Below the pieces are notes generated by a model that was not told where the DNA came from, did no database searches, and saw only the letters and a program-made list of their open reading frames with translations. The position numbers and the translations under genes were made by a program. A DNA stretch of 64,000 bases from Camelus dromedarius (lineage: Eukaryota), in contig NC_087472.1 of the NCBI RefSeq assembly GCF_036321535.1, positions 103,232,001 through 103,296,000 of the forward strand, written 5' to 3'. Positions 24,848-37,034 of this stretch are shown here, one piece after another (within the stretch, counting starts at the first letter, position 1; every line of letters starts with the position of its first letter).

Positions 24848-27800
24848 CTCATTTTGAAAATAACTTAAATATGTATGAGTTCGTCCCACTGTTGGTACCT
24901 ATCATAGCACTGCATTTATTTTCTTAAAAGCTTTAGGACAATTTTGAATAGTTAGACACTTTTATCTGTTCCTTCAGAGGAACCTTCCCTATTTGGGATG
25001 TTTCCTTCCATCTGTATTCATGATTAGGGTAACGCTCCTGCTTTCTCTCTACTCTCCACCATCACTCTTCCTCTCTGGAGGTGAAATGGTGGATCTGATA
25101 GGTGAGCGGGAAGAAGAAACTGGTTCCCTTTCTCTGAGGAGCCGGCCTGCCCTCCGACAGCAGGCCTGTTTCCATGCTTCTCCCCACGCTAAGCGCACGG
25201 TCAGGGCCTGTGTGGGCAGGCTCACACATCTGCCCAGCCCTGCGTGCTGTCTGCAGCTTCCGACTGCTTAGGTTGGTAGGTGCCAGATCATAAGGTGTTA
25301 AATAGCTTCATGTTACCACAGTGTCTGGTGGTACCTGCCTCAGTTCAACTCTTCCTGGGTCACTACAGATGACTTTTTAAATGTTGAAAGTAGTATCTTG
25401 GGAAATATGAACTTAAACTTCAGTCTGTTTTTCCCATTAAACTGAGATTTTACCTGCCTAGTTTACTCAAATATTGGCTTTTGGGGATAATTTATCATAT
25501 TCAGCTGGGGGGATAGAAGTGTGACCCAGGCACAGTGTTGTGTTTCTGAGTTAAATGGTGGGGGGCATGGAATGGGTTTCTTCCTCTAAATATGCAGGGA
25601 TAAGTCTTGTGATCTGAGAAGGAACAACACGCTGTTGTATCCATGGTAAGGGGATTAACGGTCTTGTGCTTGTAAAAGAGCAGCCCGGCCCCTTTTTAGT
25701 CCTTTGATTTCCAGTAACAAGAGCCTGATTCTTCCCTCCCCTGGGAGGCAGTTGGCCCTGTCTGGCGCCAGGGATGGGAAACGGGAAACGGCCCGGGAGC
25801 CAGTTCTGAGAGAATTACCTTCAGACCAGGGTTCCCCACACTCGAGGAAAGGAGGTGGACATTTTTGCCTTTTTACCGATTTGCTGACAGCAATTTGTAT
25901 GTGCATAAATATTGTTCCTTTGTAAAGTAGTCAGACAAAATTATTATTCAAGTGAATTCAAAGAATTCCAACAGACCCATCTATATTTACAAATCTTGAA
26001 AATATAGGATTTCTCTTCAAGTCGTGCTAATGGCATTTCAGTTTATTTATTTCCATTGAGGCAAAATTGACATACCACATCATATTAGTTTCAGGAGAAC
26101 AACAAAATGATTTGCTATTGTTATATACTGTGAAATGATCACCACAGTACTTCTAGTTAACATCCTTCACCATACATTGTAACAGATTCTTTTTTCTTAT
26201 GAAGGGAACTTTTAAAATTTAGGCATTTTAGTTTCTTTCTTACATCAAAACATTCTTTCAAAAGACATGGTTGGTTCAATAAGTGTTGGTGGCTGATAAA
26301 TTTCCCATTTTGTGCAGATCTTAGTGGCTTTCATTGAGGTCACATTTGGAAGAAAGACCATGGAAGAAGTCATGCTAGTTGTGCATAATCTATAAATGGG
26401 AGGAATTTGCACCTTTTGGGCGCTAAGTAAATTAACTACTGAAATCTGTACAGTCCATCTTCGTGTAACTTCCTGTAGCACCAACTTTCCTTACATGTAC
26501 ACCTTTGCTTGGCTACCCCTAGCTACACTATATTCAGACGTCTTCTTATACTGGAGAGTTTTCTGTGTTGTTACGTTGTCTGAGTATTTCTGATTGGGAA
26601 ACAAAGTTTTAGGGAAGTCGTCTCCCTCCTTTCCTGCCTCTCTTTTCTATTATTGCAGCGCTGGCCCAATTTACTTCGTCAGTTTGACTCTTTTGGAATA
26701 ATGTAGAAACAGTGAGTAAAATCAATGGAGTTCATTACTCCATTTTGTTAATTCATTCATCCATCCATTCTTCTCACAATCCCTTACTGAGGGCGCACAA
26801 GGGCCACACTTCAGGAACACAGGGGCTCACAGTGCAGGTCAGACTTGAGCCGTGCCCTGAAGCCCCAGGGCCCGGAGATTCTTGTGTTGCAGATGGACAG
26901 AGTGTTTGATAGTCTCCCAGGTGACGCTCAGCTGATAAAACTTAAAAGGCTGTTCTAAGCTTGAAGACTGTGAAGTCCTACTCAAGGCAGGGATCAGAGC
27001 CCCTCCTGACAAAGACTGTGGACAAGCCACGTGAAACCCAGAAGCCCTTTGCCCTCCCCACTGTCCTGGGTCTATTCTCAGACGAGGCATGGAGGCCTGA
27101 GGGCAGATGCTGGCATCTCGGGAGTTTTTGCTTGCATTTGGGCTTCAATCTTCTGGTGAGCTCAGAGGCTGTGACCTTGATCTTCAGGGGTCTTAACGGC
27201 ACTAAACTTCTAGACCTGGCACTTATGGGCAGGGCCATGGAATCTAAAAGCCCTTGCAGTAGGGCTCTTTTCCTACCCATCCCTGGCCATATTGGCTAAT
27301 CATTGTTAGTTCTCAGTAAACATTTGTGAGTGAATGAAGCATGCTTAACATCTCGGCTCTGAAACCAGGAGCCTGTCTGTGGGGTACGGTGGACACAAGA
27401 AGACAGTGTCCTTCCACCCATTTCTCCCTCTTGTCGCAGCTTAGTCCCCTGGGTGGGTATTCTCCCGGTGACCGTGGCGGGAACGGCCATGGTAGGAGTA
27501 GCTCCCCACTGCCTGGGTTTTACCTCTTGTTGGACCTCGGTTTCTTACTCTTGTGGTAGCCAAGACATCGGTTCATTTCTCAAAGCATCATCCAAACAAG
27601 GAGAAAGCTGCAGCACCCAAGGGTGTCTCCATCTTCTTCTGCAGCCTTTGCCTTGCAGCTGTCTCCAGAAGCAGGGTGTGCTTGTCCCTGGCCCCTTCCT
27701 CACACCCTTGCTACTATAGGAAGTGGGCTTACCCGTTCCTAGTTCAACTGCCTACATCTGAACAAAATGTAAACACATCTCTGTGATTACATTTCTACAG

Positions 27801-28200
27801 GTGATGTTTGTAGAGGACACGTTTACTCTTTTGTTTGCTTAAAATCTTAGACGTGACTCTTCTTGACCGAGTCATCATGTAGGACGGATACTAGTATTCT
27901 TCTATTGAGGAAAACCCTGAGCAGCTAAGACTATGCACCTTTTTTGCTAACATGAATCTTGGAGAAATGATGGAAATGGTGCTTCTTAAGACACCAGTAG
28001 AATGAGAGATACCCTGATAAATACTCAATACATCATAACATAACTAATTTTTTAAAATTTGACATAATTATTAAGACCAGCATTATGCTGATGGATGCCA
28101 GTATCTTACAGTTTAATACAGCTTTCTTATCTTCAAAGTACATTTGTATTTGTGATATATTATCAATGAAGCCAGTAAGAACTATTATTGACCCATTGCC

Positions 28201-29165
28201 TTTTTTTTAAATTGAAGTACAGTCAGTTACAATGTGTCAGTTTCTGGTGTACAGCACAATGTCCCAGCCATGAGTATATATACATACATTCGTTTTCATA
28301 TTTTTCCATTAAAGATTATTATGAGATATTGAATATAGCTCCCTGTGATATACGGAAGAAGTTTGTTTTTTTAATCTATTTTTATATATAAGGTTAACAT
28401 TTGCAGATCTCAAACTCCCTAATTTATCCCTTCCTACCCCCTTTCCCCAGTAACCATAAGATTGTTTACTATGTCTGCAAGTCTGTTTTCCTGTTTTGTA
28501 GATGAGTTCACTAGTGTCCTTTTTTTTCCTTTCTTTAGATTCCACATATGAGTGATCTCATATGGTATTTTTCTTTCTCTTTCTGGCTTACTTCACTTAG
28601 AATGATGATCTCTAGGACCATCCATGTTGCTGCAAATGGCATTTGATTCTTTTTATGGCTGAATAGTATTCCATTGTATAAATATACCACAACTTCTTTA
28701 TCCAGTCATCTGTTGATGGACATTTAGGCTGTTTCCATGTCTTGACTATTGTATACAGTGCTGCTATGAACATTGGGGTGCATGTGTCTTTTTGAATTAG
28801 AGTTTCTCCTGGGTATACGCCCAGGAATAGGATTGCTGGATCATATGGTAGATCTATTTTTAGTGTTTTGAGGAATCTCCATACTGTTTCCCATAATGGC
28901 TACACCAAACCACATTCCCACCAGCAGTGCAGGAGGGCTCCCTTTCTCCACACCCTCTCCAACATTTATCATTTGTGGACTTTTGAATGATGGTCGTTCT
29001 GACCGGTGTGAGGTGATACCTCATTGTAGTTTTGATTTGCATTTCTCTGATCATTAGCAATACTGAGCATTTTTTCATGTGCCTACCGGCCACTTGTATG
29101 TCTTTGTTGGATAATTGCTTGTTTAGGTCTTCTGCCTGTTTTTGGATTCGGTTGTTTGTTTTCTT
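28201..29165 (-). mobile_element. 5'-truncated L1 (relatively young)
   Basis: Poly-T, 3'UTR and ORF2 C-terminal peptide [18 protein letters not shown]...KCWRGCGE. Confidence 0.9.
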
Positions 29166-29327
29166 ATAGAGCATTTTGTTATGTCCAGGAAACTTTAAAA
29201 ATAACTGCTTTGCTCCTGTATTTCTGTGTATGTGTGTGTGTGTTCGTATAAATCTGAAATATATATATTATATACATATGCATTTACAAAAGAATTGCAG
29301 AGATAACACAGAGAGATTCTGTGTGCC

Positions 29328-29547
29328 AGCAGTCATCGACCTGCAGGGGTTTTGTCCTCCCACCACTCCCGAGGATATGTGGAAATGTCGGGACGCATTT
29401 TGGTTTTCACAGTGGGATGTACTATTGGCATCTAGTGTGTGGAAGCTAGGGAGGCTGCTACACTTGCTACAGAAGAATAGAAAACCTCCCACAAGCCAGG
29501 GTTATCCAGCCTAAAATGGTAATCGTGATGAGGCTGCGAAACTCTGC
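29328..29547 (+). mobile_element. MER20
   Basis: TACTATTGGCATCTAGTG core; degenerate ends. Confidence 0.65.
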
Positions 29548-30827
29548 TCTAGACCCATCACCTGCTTCCTAATGCCGTTCTGTTAAATAACCATGATCGA
29601 TACATCGAAATTAAGAGGTTAACATTGGTTCAATACTATTAAACTATGGAACTTTTTGATCTCCTTTTTAAAAGACCTATGTCCTTTTTCTGTTCCAAAA
29701 CCTACTCCATTTTAGTCTGATCCAGTCTGTGACAGTTTCTGCAACTTCCTTTGTTTTTGATGACCCTGCTCTGCCTGTTGTTCATGACCTTGACACTTTT
29801 GAAGACGTTTCTAGGTGTGCCTCACCTGTGTATGGTACTGACCTCATGCCCATAGCATGTGCAGGTAGCATATAGAAATGTAGTGTGTTGTGGGGTTATA
29901 TCTCTGACTGAGGGTGCCGTGGCATTTACAGGGAGGCGATGAGAGATAATCACGTGATGCTAAGCTCAGGAGAGTCCCACGTAACAAGGACTTTCCTACT
30001 CATAATGCCAACAGTACCCCCATTGACACATTAAGCCCTTTCTAGTAACTCATGTAGAGTGAGATGCCTTGTCTCAAGTCTAGCAAGTGGTAGGTAGTAG
30101 ACTTCAAAACAGAAGCTTGATTTTTAGAGTTTTAGTCTAGGGCTTGTTATATCCAACAGTAACTGTCTCTATTGAAATGTTGGGTTGAGTATGTTCAGCA
30201 ACAATTTTAATACTTTGGAACTCTTTATTTCTAAGTGGGTAAAATATTTTCATTTTATTTGCCAAGGTGCCACGGTAAAGTGTGAGTTGCCACCCAATGG
30301 AAACAGAGTGAAGAACTTGAATTCGTAGTAAGGGACAGCGGAGCTCCATGGTGATGGGGAGAGGAAAGCATTTGGGGCCGCAGTGTGTTGATGGAGTTGT
30401 GTGCATCCGTCCTCCAGCTCTGTTTTCCTTCCTAGAGCATCTCCCCACCTGCCAGTGTGTGTATTTGTTTATTTAGGTATTGACCTTCTGTCTCCGCCCC
30501 CTCAGAAAGCATGCTCCAAGGGAGGGAGAAGGGACTTTGCTTTGTTTACAGCTTATTCTCTGAGTCTCTAAAGAGGGGTGCCATGAAATTCATGTTTGAA
30601 CAGCATTTAGAGAGGCTTTCGATGGAAAGAACAATACAGGCAAAGCGTCCAGATGATCTCTTACCTGGTTTCTGGCTTCCTCTGTTATGCCAGCAGTGTC
30701 ACTTTGTATTTGCCTAATTTCTATACATGCCTTGTGCTATCCCTAATATGCCCCTTCCCATCTTCTTCATTCAACAGTGTAGTTTTGAGATTTGCCCTTT
30801 TATAAAAGAGAAAGTGTAACTCTAGAT

Positions 30828-31030
30828 CAGTAGTTTCCCCCCGGGGTGGTTTTTGTCCTTCAGAGGTTATTTGAAAACGGCTGGAGACTTTTTGATCATC
30901 GCTTCCCGGAGGTGGCCCTGATGCTGTCTAGTCAGTAGAGGCCGGGTTTGCTGCTCAACATCCCTCAGTGCTCAGGGCATCCCCGACGTAGAATTATCTG
31001 GCCCAAAGCTAATTGTAGAGAAACCCCGGG
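30828..31030 (+). mobile_element. MER20
   Basis: CAGTAGTTTCCCC...GTAGAGGCCGGG...GAATTATCTGGCCCAAA...GAGAAACCC. Confidence 0.7.
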
Positions 31031-31593
31031 CTCTGTCTTTCCTTTAATCTGTGGATTAGTTTACCCTGGATAGCACACACCTCATTTACTTTATCCCTTC
31101 CCGTACTGGTGGACATTTGGTTTGTTCCAGTCCTCTGCTCTGACAAAGGGTGTTATCAAGAACATCCTCAGTAATCGGTGCGTGTGTTGTGTGTGTGTGT
31201 GTGTGTGTTTGTGTTAGTGTGTGTTTGTGACAGCCACACTCTGTTCTAGCAAACACTTCCAGATGCTGTTCCCAAAGAGCCGAGCCCATTAACACCCACG
31301 GCACAGCCTAGAAACCCAATTCTCTGCATCTTTACCAGCACTCGATACTATTTAACTTTTTACTTTTCGCCAAGCTGAAGAGGTAAAATGAGTAGCTCAT
31401 TTTAAAAAATCTGTATTGTCTGGTTATTGATAAGGCCAAAAACATGAGTCGTTCACAGCCAACAGCTTTCTACGAAACGGGGGAAGTGTTTTTGCCAAGC
31501 ACACACCACCTTGTTTTGTTCATCTGTCTTTGAAAACCGCACATTTTGGAAGACCAAGCTTGACTGTTTCTGCCAGTAGAGGGCACTGTCCTT

Positions 31594-31808
31594 CAGTGGT
31601 TCTGCACCCGTGTCATTCTGCACCTCCTCACCCCCCCCCCCCCCAATATCTGGCAATGACTGGAAATGTGTTTTATTGTCACCATGTGGGTGTCTCCTGG
31701 CACCCAGAGCATAGAAACCCGGGATTCTGCTAAAACCCTACAATGCAGAAGGCAGCACGTAACAAACAATTACCTGGCCCCTGCTGTGCCAGGGTGGAGA
31801 AACCATGG
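31594..31808 (+). mobile_element. MER20
   Basis: CAGTGGTTCT...TGGCAATGACTGGA...CTACAATGCAG...GGAGAAACCATG. Confidence 0.7.
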
Positions 31809-31879
31809 TGTGGACCAAATCCTACTATTTGAACCTTTGAAAGAAAGACAATGACAATCTCTAGGCTAATAAAACAATT

Positions 31880-31885
31880 TTTATT
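31880..31885 (-). terminator. Poly(A) signal of the POM121-like gene
   Basis: Minus-strand AATAAA about 265 nt after the stop, followed by a GT/T-rich downstream element (ATTGTCATTGTCTTTCTTTC). Confidence 0.7.
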
Positions 31886-32099
31886 ACTTAAACAAAGAAC
31901 AACCTTTAAACTCTAAACTGGGCAGTAAGGGAGAGCATCCCTTCCCGAGAAGGGTGTTCTGGGGAGTAGGCAGGAGGGGCGGGTGGGCAGGAGGAGGCAA
32001 AGGGTTGGCTCTCAGCGGTGCTTCCTGAATGCGGGCTCTGCAGGGTGGGAGAGGTGGCTCTGGGCTTGGGGGTCCTGCCCAGGGGAGATGGGCGGGGGG

Positions 32100-33085
32100 G
32101 GGGGTCCGAGGGGGCCGGGGGTAGTCAGGCCCGAGTCAGTGTCCTCCTCTCAGTCGCGGTTGCACTGGGAGCTGGAGCTTCTCAGAGGCCCAGTCTTGGG
32201 CACAAAGGACCGGACGACGCCATCTCTCCACACGGGCTGGAAGGCCGACAGCCTGCGCTCCGGGCTCTGACTGCTTCTCTTGGGGTCGGGGCTCTCAAAC
32301 CAGAGCGGCCCGTCGAACTTCCTTTTCCCTTTCTTGCACTGGCTGAGGGCCCTCAGCACGGTCTCCTTGGCGCAGGGGTCGGGCTGCTCCTGGGCGGGGG
32401 GACAGCAGTAGATGCTCCCTCTGTGCTGAGGCGGGGCGATTTTGATGGTCACCAGGCTCCGGCTGCGGCGGGGGTTCCGGGCGGCCCACGGGTAACTCCT
32501 GCGACGGCCGAGAAGATCCAGCCCCACGGTGGTGCGGAGGGGCGGCCCGCTGGGAACGCGCCTCCAGGCCTCGGGCAGCAGGGCCCGGCGGGCCGCGTCG
32601 TGGTCGCGGCGGCGGGGCGGGGCGGCAGGGGGCGGGCTGTCGCTCAGGACCGGGCGGATGCACACGATGGGGCAGTGATCGGGGCCCGGCAGGCGGCTGG
32701 TGCTGAGGGCGGGCCTGGGCCGCGGGGCCCGGCGCTCCCGGGCGGGGAGCGGCTGCGTGGCCTTGGCTGTGCCCAGGTAGCTGCTCAGGTAGCTGCTCAG
32801 GTAGCTGCCCATGATCGCGGGGCGGCGGCGGCGGCGGCGGCGGGGCCTTCGAGGGGCTTCGGCTTCCGCACGTCCTCGGAGTCGTAGACGCGAAGCGCAC
32901 AGGGCGAGGGCGACGGTTGGCTTTGGCTGTAAGCCCCGCGCACAGGGCGTCGGCTCCTCGAGGCCGTCCGGGCACGGGGTCCTGCGCGCGCAGATGCAGC
33001 GCCCCGCGGACATCCGGGTCTCGCGGGCGCCCGTGCTGCCTGAGGCGGGGAACCTCCTGCTTCCCACTTCCGCCCCGCGCTTGGT
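32100..33085. promoter_or_regulatory. CpG island covering the POM121-like gene and its 5' region
   Basis: Very high GC and CpG content within an AT-rich intron; (GGC)7 at 32821-32841. Confidence 0.85.
32150..32812 (-). CDS. Intronless POM121-like (POM121L12-type) protein, 220 aa, antisense in CLTRN intron 3
   Basis: Uninterrupted ORF from a Kozak ATG (GCGATCATGG). It contains the POM121-family motifs MGSYL, VTIKIAPP, PDPCAKETVLRALSQC and SAFQPV..GVVRSFVPKTGPLR, plus the POM121L12-like EAWRR and FDGPLWFE. No TM segment or FG repeats. Orthology not established, so no symbol is given. Confidence 0.85.
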   Translation of the reverse strand: MGSYLSSYLSSYLGTAKATQPLPARERRAPRPRPALSTSRLPGPDHCPIVCIRPVLSDSPPPAAPPRRRDHDAARRALLPEAWRRVPSGPPLRTTVGLDLLGRRRSYPWAARNPRRSRSLVTIKIAPPQHRGSIYCCPPAQEQPDPCAKETVLRALSQCKKGKRKFDGPLWFESPDPKRSSQSPERRLSAFQPVWRDGVVRSFVPKTGPLRSSSSQCNRD

Positions 33086-34078
33086 CTGGGCCCAGGGGCC
33101 TAGGAGTGCCTTGACTTTGCATGTGACGTGAAAGGGAGAAAATAGAATACTCTCTACCAGGTCTGAAAATTACAGAAAATTCACAGATGGGCCCTCTCTT
33201 TCATGATTGTAAAAATGAGCATAATGCACTTGAATGCTCCTTTAAGGAAAGAGCAAATTTACTTGTATTGGTAAAGGGGATGTGTGTTTTATTCTTCTAG
33301 AATGATTGCTAACGTCACTTACTGCAATTTTGCTCTTAAGGACATGGTGAAAGGCAGTCAGGATTTATGTTTTACCCCTGACATCTTTGGTTTAATGTGA
33401 ACTCTCCTATAGTTTTCCTGCTTCATACATTTATATACAGATTTTCTCTATCTGAACACTAATGCCATTTCTTTCTTGTCATATCTACTGGTGATCCAGG
33501 TATATAGAATAGAATGAGTCACATTTCCAGTTACAGTTGGAAGCAGGTAACCACAAAAATAGTGTTGAAAGCCTGCTGGTAAATGATTATAGCACTTTGG
33601 TTTGGAGGTGTGTTACTGGACCAGCCTTAATCCTGGAGTGGGAGAGGGGCAGAAAGTCTGGCAAACAGAGGAAGCAACAGATTTGTCTGGTTCTAAGAGG
33701 TGGATGGCTGAATGAGGAGGACACTAAAAAGATCTTGATGCAGAGACACAAAAGGTTTCTCTATCAGAGGTACCCAAATGTTGAGGAAGTGGGGATGCCA
33801 TCAGCTCACAGGTGATGGGCAGTGAGATACCTAACACCCTCTGAGTCATTCTCTTTTTGTCTTTTTTGTGGATTCCTTATTTAAGGAATGATCCCTCAGC
33901 GTATGATTTTGAAATAAAAGGAAATTTTCTGTATTATTTTCTTCTTAATTTTTTCATAATGGTAGAAATGATTTCATTTGTAACTAAGACACCTCTTAAG
34001 ATTGTAATAACGTTAGAGTGGAATATCTAATGCAATTTCATATTTGCTTATAATGCATTTTTTTCTTATCATCTGCAG

Positions 34079-34192
34079 GATTTCCCACGTCCTACTTTGC
34101 AATGTAACCCAGCGGGTGTCATTCTGGTTTGTGGTTACAGATCCTTCAAAAAATCACACCCTTCCTGCTGTGGAGATACAGTCAGCTATAAG
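34079..34192 (+). CDS. CLTRN: Collectrin exon 4
   Basis: ISHVLLCNVTQRVSFWFVVTDPSKNHTLPAVEIQSAI(R), with NVT and NHT glycosylation sequons; AG/GTAATC boundaries; 114 nt. Confidence 0.97.
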
Positions 34193-34348
34193 GTAATCAC
34201 TGCTGAATATGCCTTGTACTGGTAAATCAACTTGATTAATTCAGCTGTTTTCTTAGCTTTTGAGGAATTCTCTCTGCTTCACAGTGATTTATATATTAAG
34301 ATGTCAAAGATTTCATTTTGTGGGTTTGTAGTAGGAATTAGTGTTGAT

Positions 34349-34569
34349 CACTGGTTCTCCTCCAGGGGCACTTTGACCTCCAAGGGGACATTTGGCAACG
34401 CCTGGAGACATTTTTGTTGTATAGTTCTTGGGCGTGGCGGTAGGGAGGCCACCAACATTGAGTAGGTAGAAGTTAGGAATGCAGTTCACATCCCACTCTG
34501 CCCAGGACAGCACCTCACAGCAAACAGCTATTCGACCCCGAATGTCAGTGTTGTGGTTGAGAAGCCCTG
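34349..34569 (+). mobile_element. MER20
   Basis: CACTGGTTCTC...AGGGGACATTTGGCAACGCCTGGAGACATTTTT...GTTGAGAAGCCCTG. Confidence 0.75.
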
Positions 34570-37034
34570 GTTTAAATATTAACCAAGAATGTTTAGTACT
34601 GTCTTCTCTGACAAGAACACCTTGTACGGCACTATTGTGTGATGGTTCACCACATGCAGTCTCAAGTCTGAATGCTTAGGTTTTTAATTCTGGCTTCGCC
34701 TCTTGCTCACTATTTGAATATAGATAAGTTACTTCCCCTCCTTTTGCTTCCTCTTATCATCTATAAAACAGGAATAATTATGGTATTTTTCTCTCAGAGT
34801 TGTTGAGAAGATTAAATGTAAGGCATTTTGAGGGACAACTCATATCTTTGACTTTTATTTAAAAATCAAGAAAAATATTCACATTTTTTGGGTCTCTAAG
34901 GTCTTGCCTTTAGTCACTGTACAGTCTTTACCTTTAAAAGATACTTTTTGGGTGAAAAAGGAAAATCATGACTCTCAAACAAATTAAAAATAAATGCTAT
35001 CAAAGATTTTATTATCTCATTAATTCATGAGGAAACTAGTAAGAGTTTAAAACCGGTTCAAAGGAGACTTCAAGGAAGCACACAAATATAGGAATTGAGG
35101 AATGGTGATATTCATTTAGGAAGAGATGCCCCAGGCTATCCATCAGGCAGTGTTTCACCAGACATAATTCTCCTTAATTTTCTGTGGACAAGAATCATTT
35201 ACATTATATCAGTTTTCAACAGCCTATACATTTGCAAAATAACTCAAAGACAAAGGTGGAAATTGTCCAGAAAAGTCAGCTTGCTGGGCACTCAGTGATA
35301 TTTTTCGCCCATTTCAAGTTTTAAACATTTTTTCCTGACAGTTCCCCTCCTCCTCTCCTTGGGATCATAACAAACTTTCAAAAGTGAAATGTATTCTTTA
35401 CTTCTCAGAAGCAGAGGATGCCATTTGTTTTTATTTCCATTAATGTGTACTTTATTTGTGTCAAAACTTTGAATCCCACGCATGACTGGTGTTGGGCAAA
35501 GGTATATAGGAAGAACGAGTTCACAAAATAAACTATTTCCTGAAAAGGAAAGAGTGAAACAAAGCAACTCTCCTTACAAAGGGTTTACAAGTTACTGAAA
35601 TGCGTATTAAACTCTTTACCAAAGAGAAATATCTAGTGAAAGAACTCTTGCTCTTTGTAAAATATTAACATTTAAGATAACAAGTATTTAATCAAATACC
35701 CAATGATTTTGTGCGAACAATCATCTATGTTTCTTGCTGAAGCAAATGCATTGAGGATCTAGACCAATGGTAAATAATTTATTCTGCTTTAACAAGACGG
35801 TTTTAACTAAATTGTTTCTGCACTTCTGCCACTGAGAATACTGTTAAGACTCACCACCTAGGGAGCAAGAATTAGGAATATTGTATTTTATGAGAAAGGG
35901 GATTTTATTCAAGCTCTGTGACCTGAGACGGTTACAAGGTAAATGAAGGCACTCTGGTTAAACCAGGCTTCAGTTAATGTGAGGAGGAGGAGTGAGTATT
36001 TGGGATGAAGGTGGAGGATGTAGATGAATATGTTCACAACAAAATGTCTGTTTCAAAGACCCTGGGAGGAGGAGCTATTTAGGGGGCAAGGATGGCTAAT
36101 AGAATGATAATTTATATCAGGGAATAGATAGGGCTCATCAGGAGTGTATGAAAATAAAGGAAACAGTACCACGAGGGAAGGATTGAGTGGAAAGAAAGGA
36201 GATGGTACCTAGAGGGCAGGCAATAGGAATTTCAAGGCTGAAGAATCTATGTGGTTGGACAAAATAATACTCATTCCACCTAATGTTTGCATAATACTTT
36301 CTAGTTCACAAGGCATGTTCTGATGCATTTGTGGCATTTAGTATCAACAGTAATCATTTTTGAGTAATTATTATTATCCCTGGTTTATAAATGAGGCTCA
36401 GGGAAATTAATTGATTTGCTAAGGTCACCATGCTAGAAAAATAGTGAGGGCTTGAACCCAGGGATACTGCTACCACATCCAGTGATTTTTTTTTCCCCTC
36501 TACTAGAATATCCACACTTATGGAATTAAGTGAAGGGATGACAGACCAGTTCTAAGATGTCTGTTTTAGATTTACTGTGAAGACCTGACCTTATTCAAGG
36601 CCAATCTTGGCTGGAAGATAACCATGGTGATTGACACCTATTGGGGATTTCAGCAGTGGTTGGAGATATAGTTTGTACTGAACTAGAACTTTTAATTAGC
36701 CTGAGTGCTAACCAACCAGGTAGACAGAATAAGAATGCAGAGCAACTTTGCATTTTACTCTGAATTATACCTTGGTAGTGGGGTTCATTATTTTGTAGCA
36801 AGGTTTGTGTTGCCACATTATCAATATTAAGTTATGAAAAAGGAAAACACTCTGTGGTTTGATAAAAATTATGTTAAAATTATCCCCTGCTGTAGATTTT
36901 CTGGCTGGAATTCTCCTTCACATTCATGAATAATCATGCCTCCCCATAGATGTTCATTTGCTAAAGAAGGTCTTTCCTGCTACCCTTCTGATCTCCAGAG
37001 ATTGTCAAGCTATTACTCTTAGGTTCAAGACCTG

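Noticed and set aside
32813..33067. 85-aa N-terminal extension in the 305-aa ORF call
   Set aside because: Begins at a GTG, has no family similarity, and its poly-Arg comes from the CCG repeat. The ATG at 32812 has the better context.
32018..33122. Overlapping ORFs of 289 aa (+) and 275 aa (-) at the nested gene
   Set aside because: Shadow frames of very GC-rich sequence with no recognisable motifs; only one frame has POM121 similarity.
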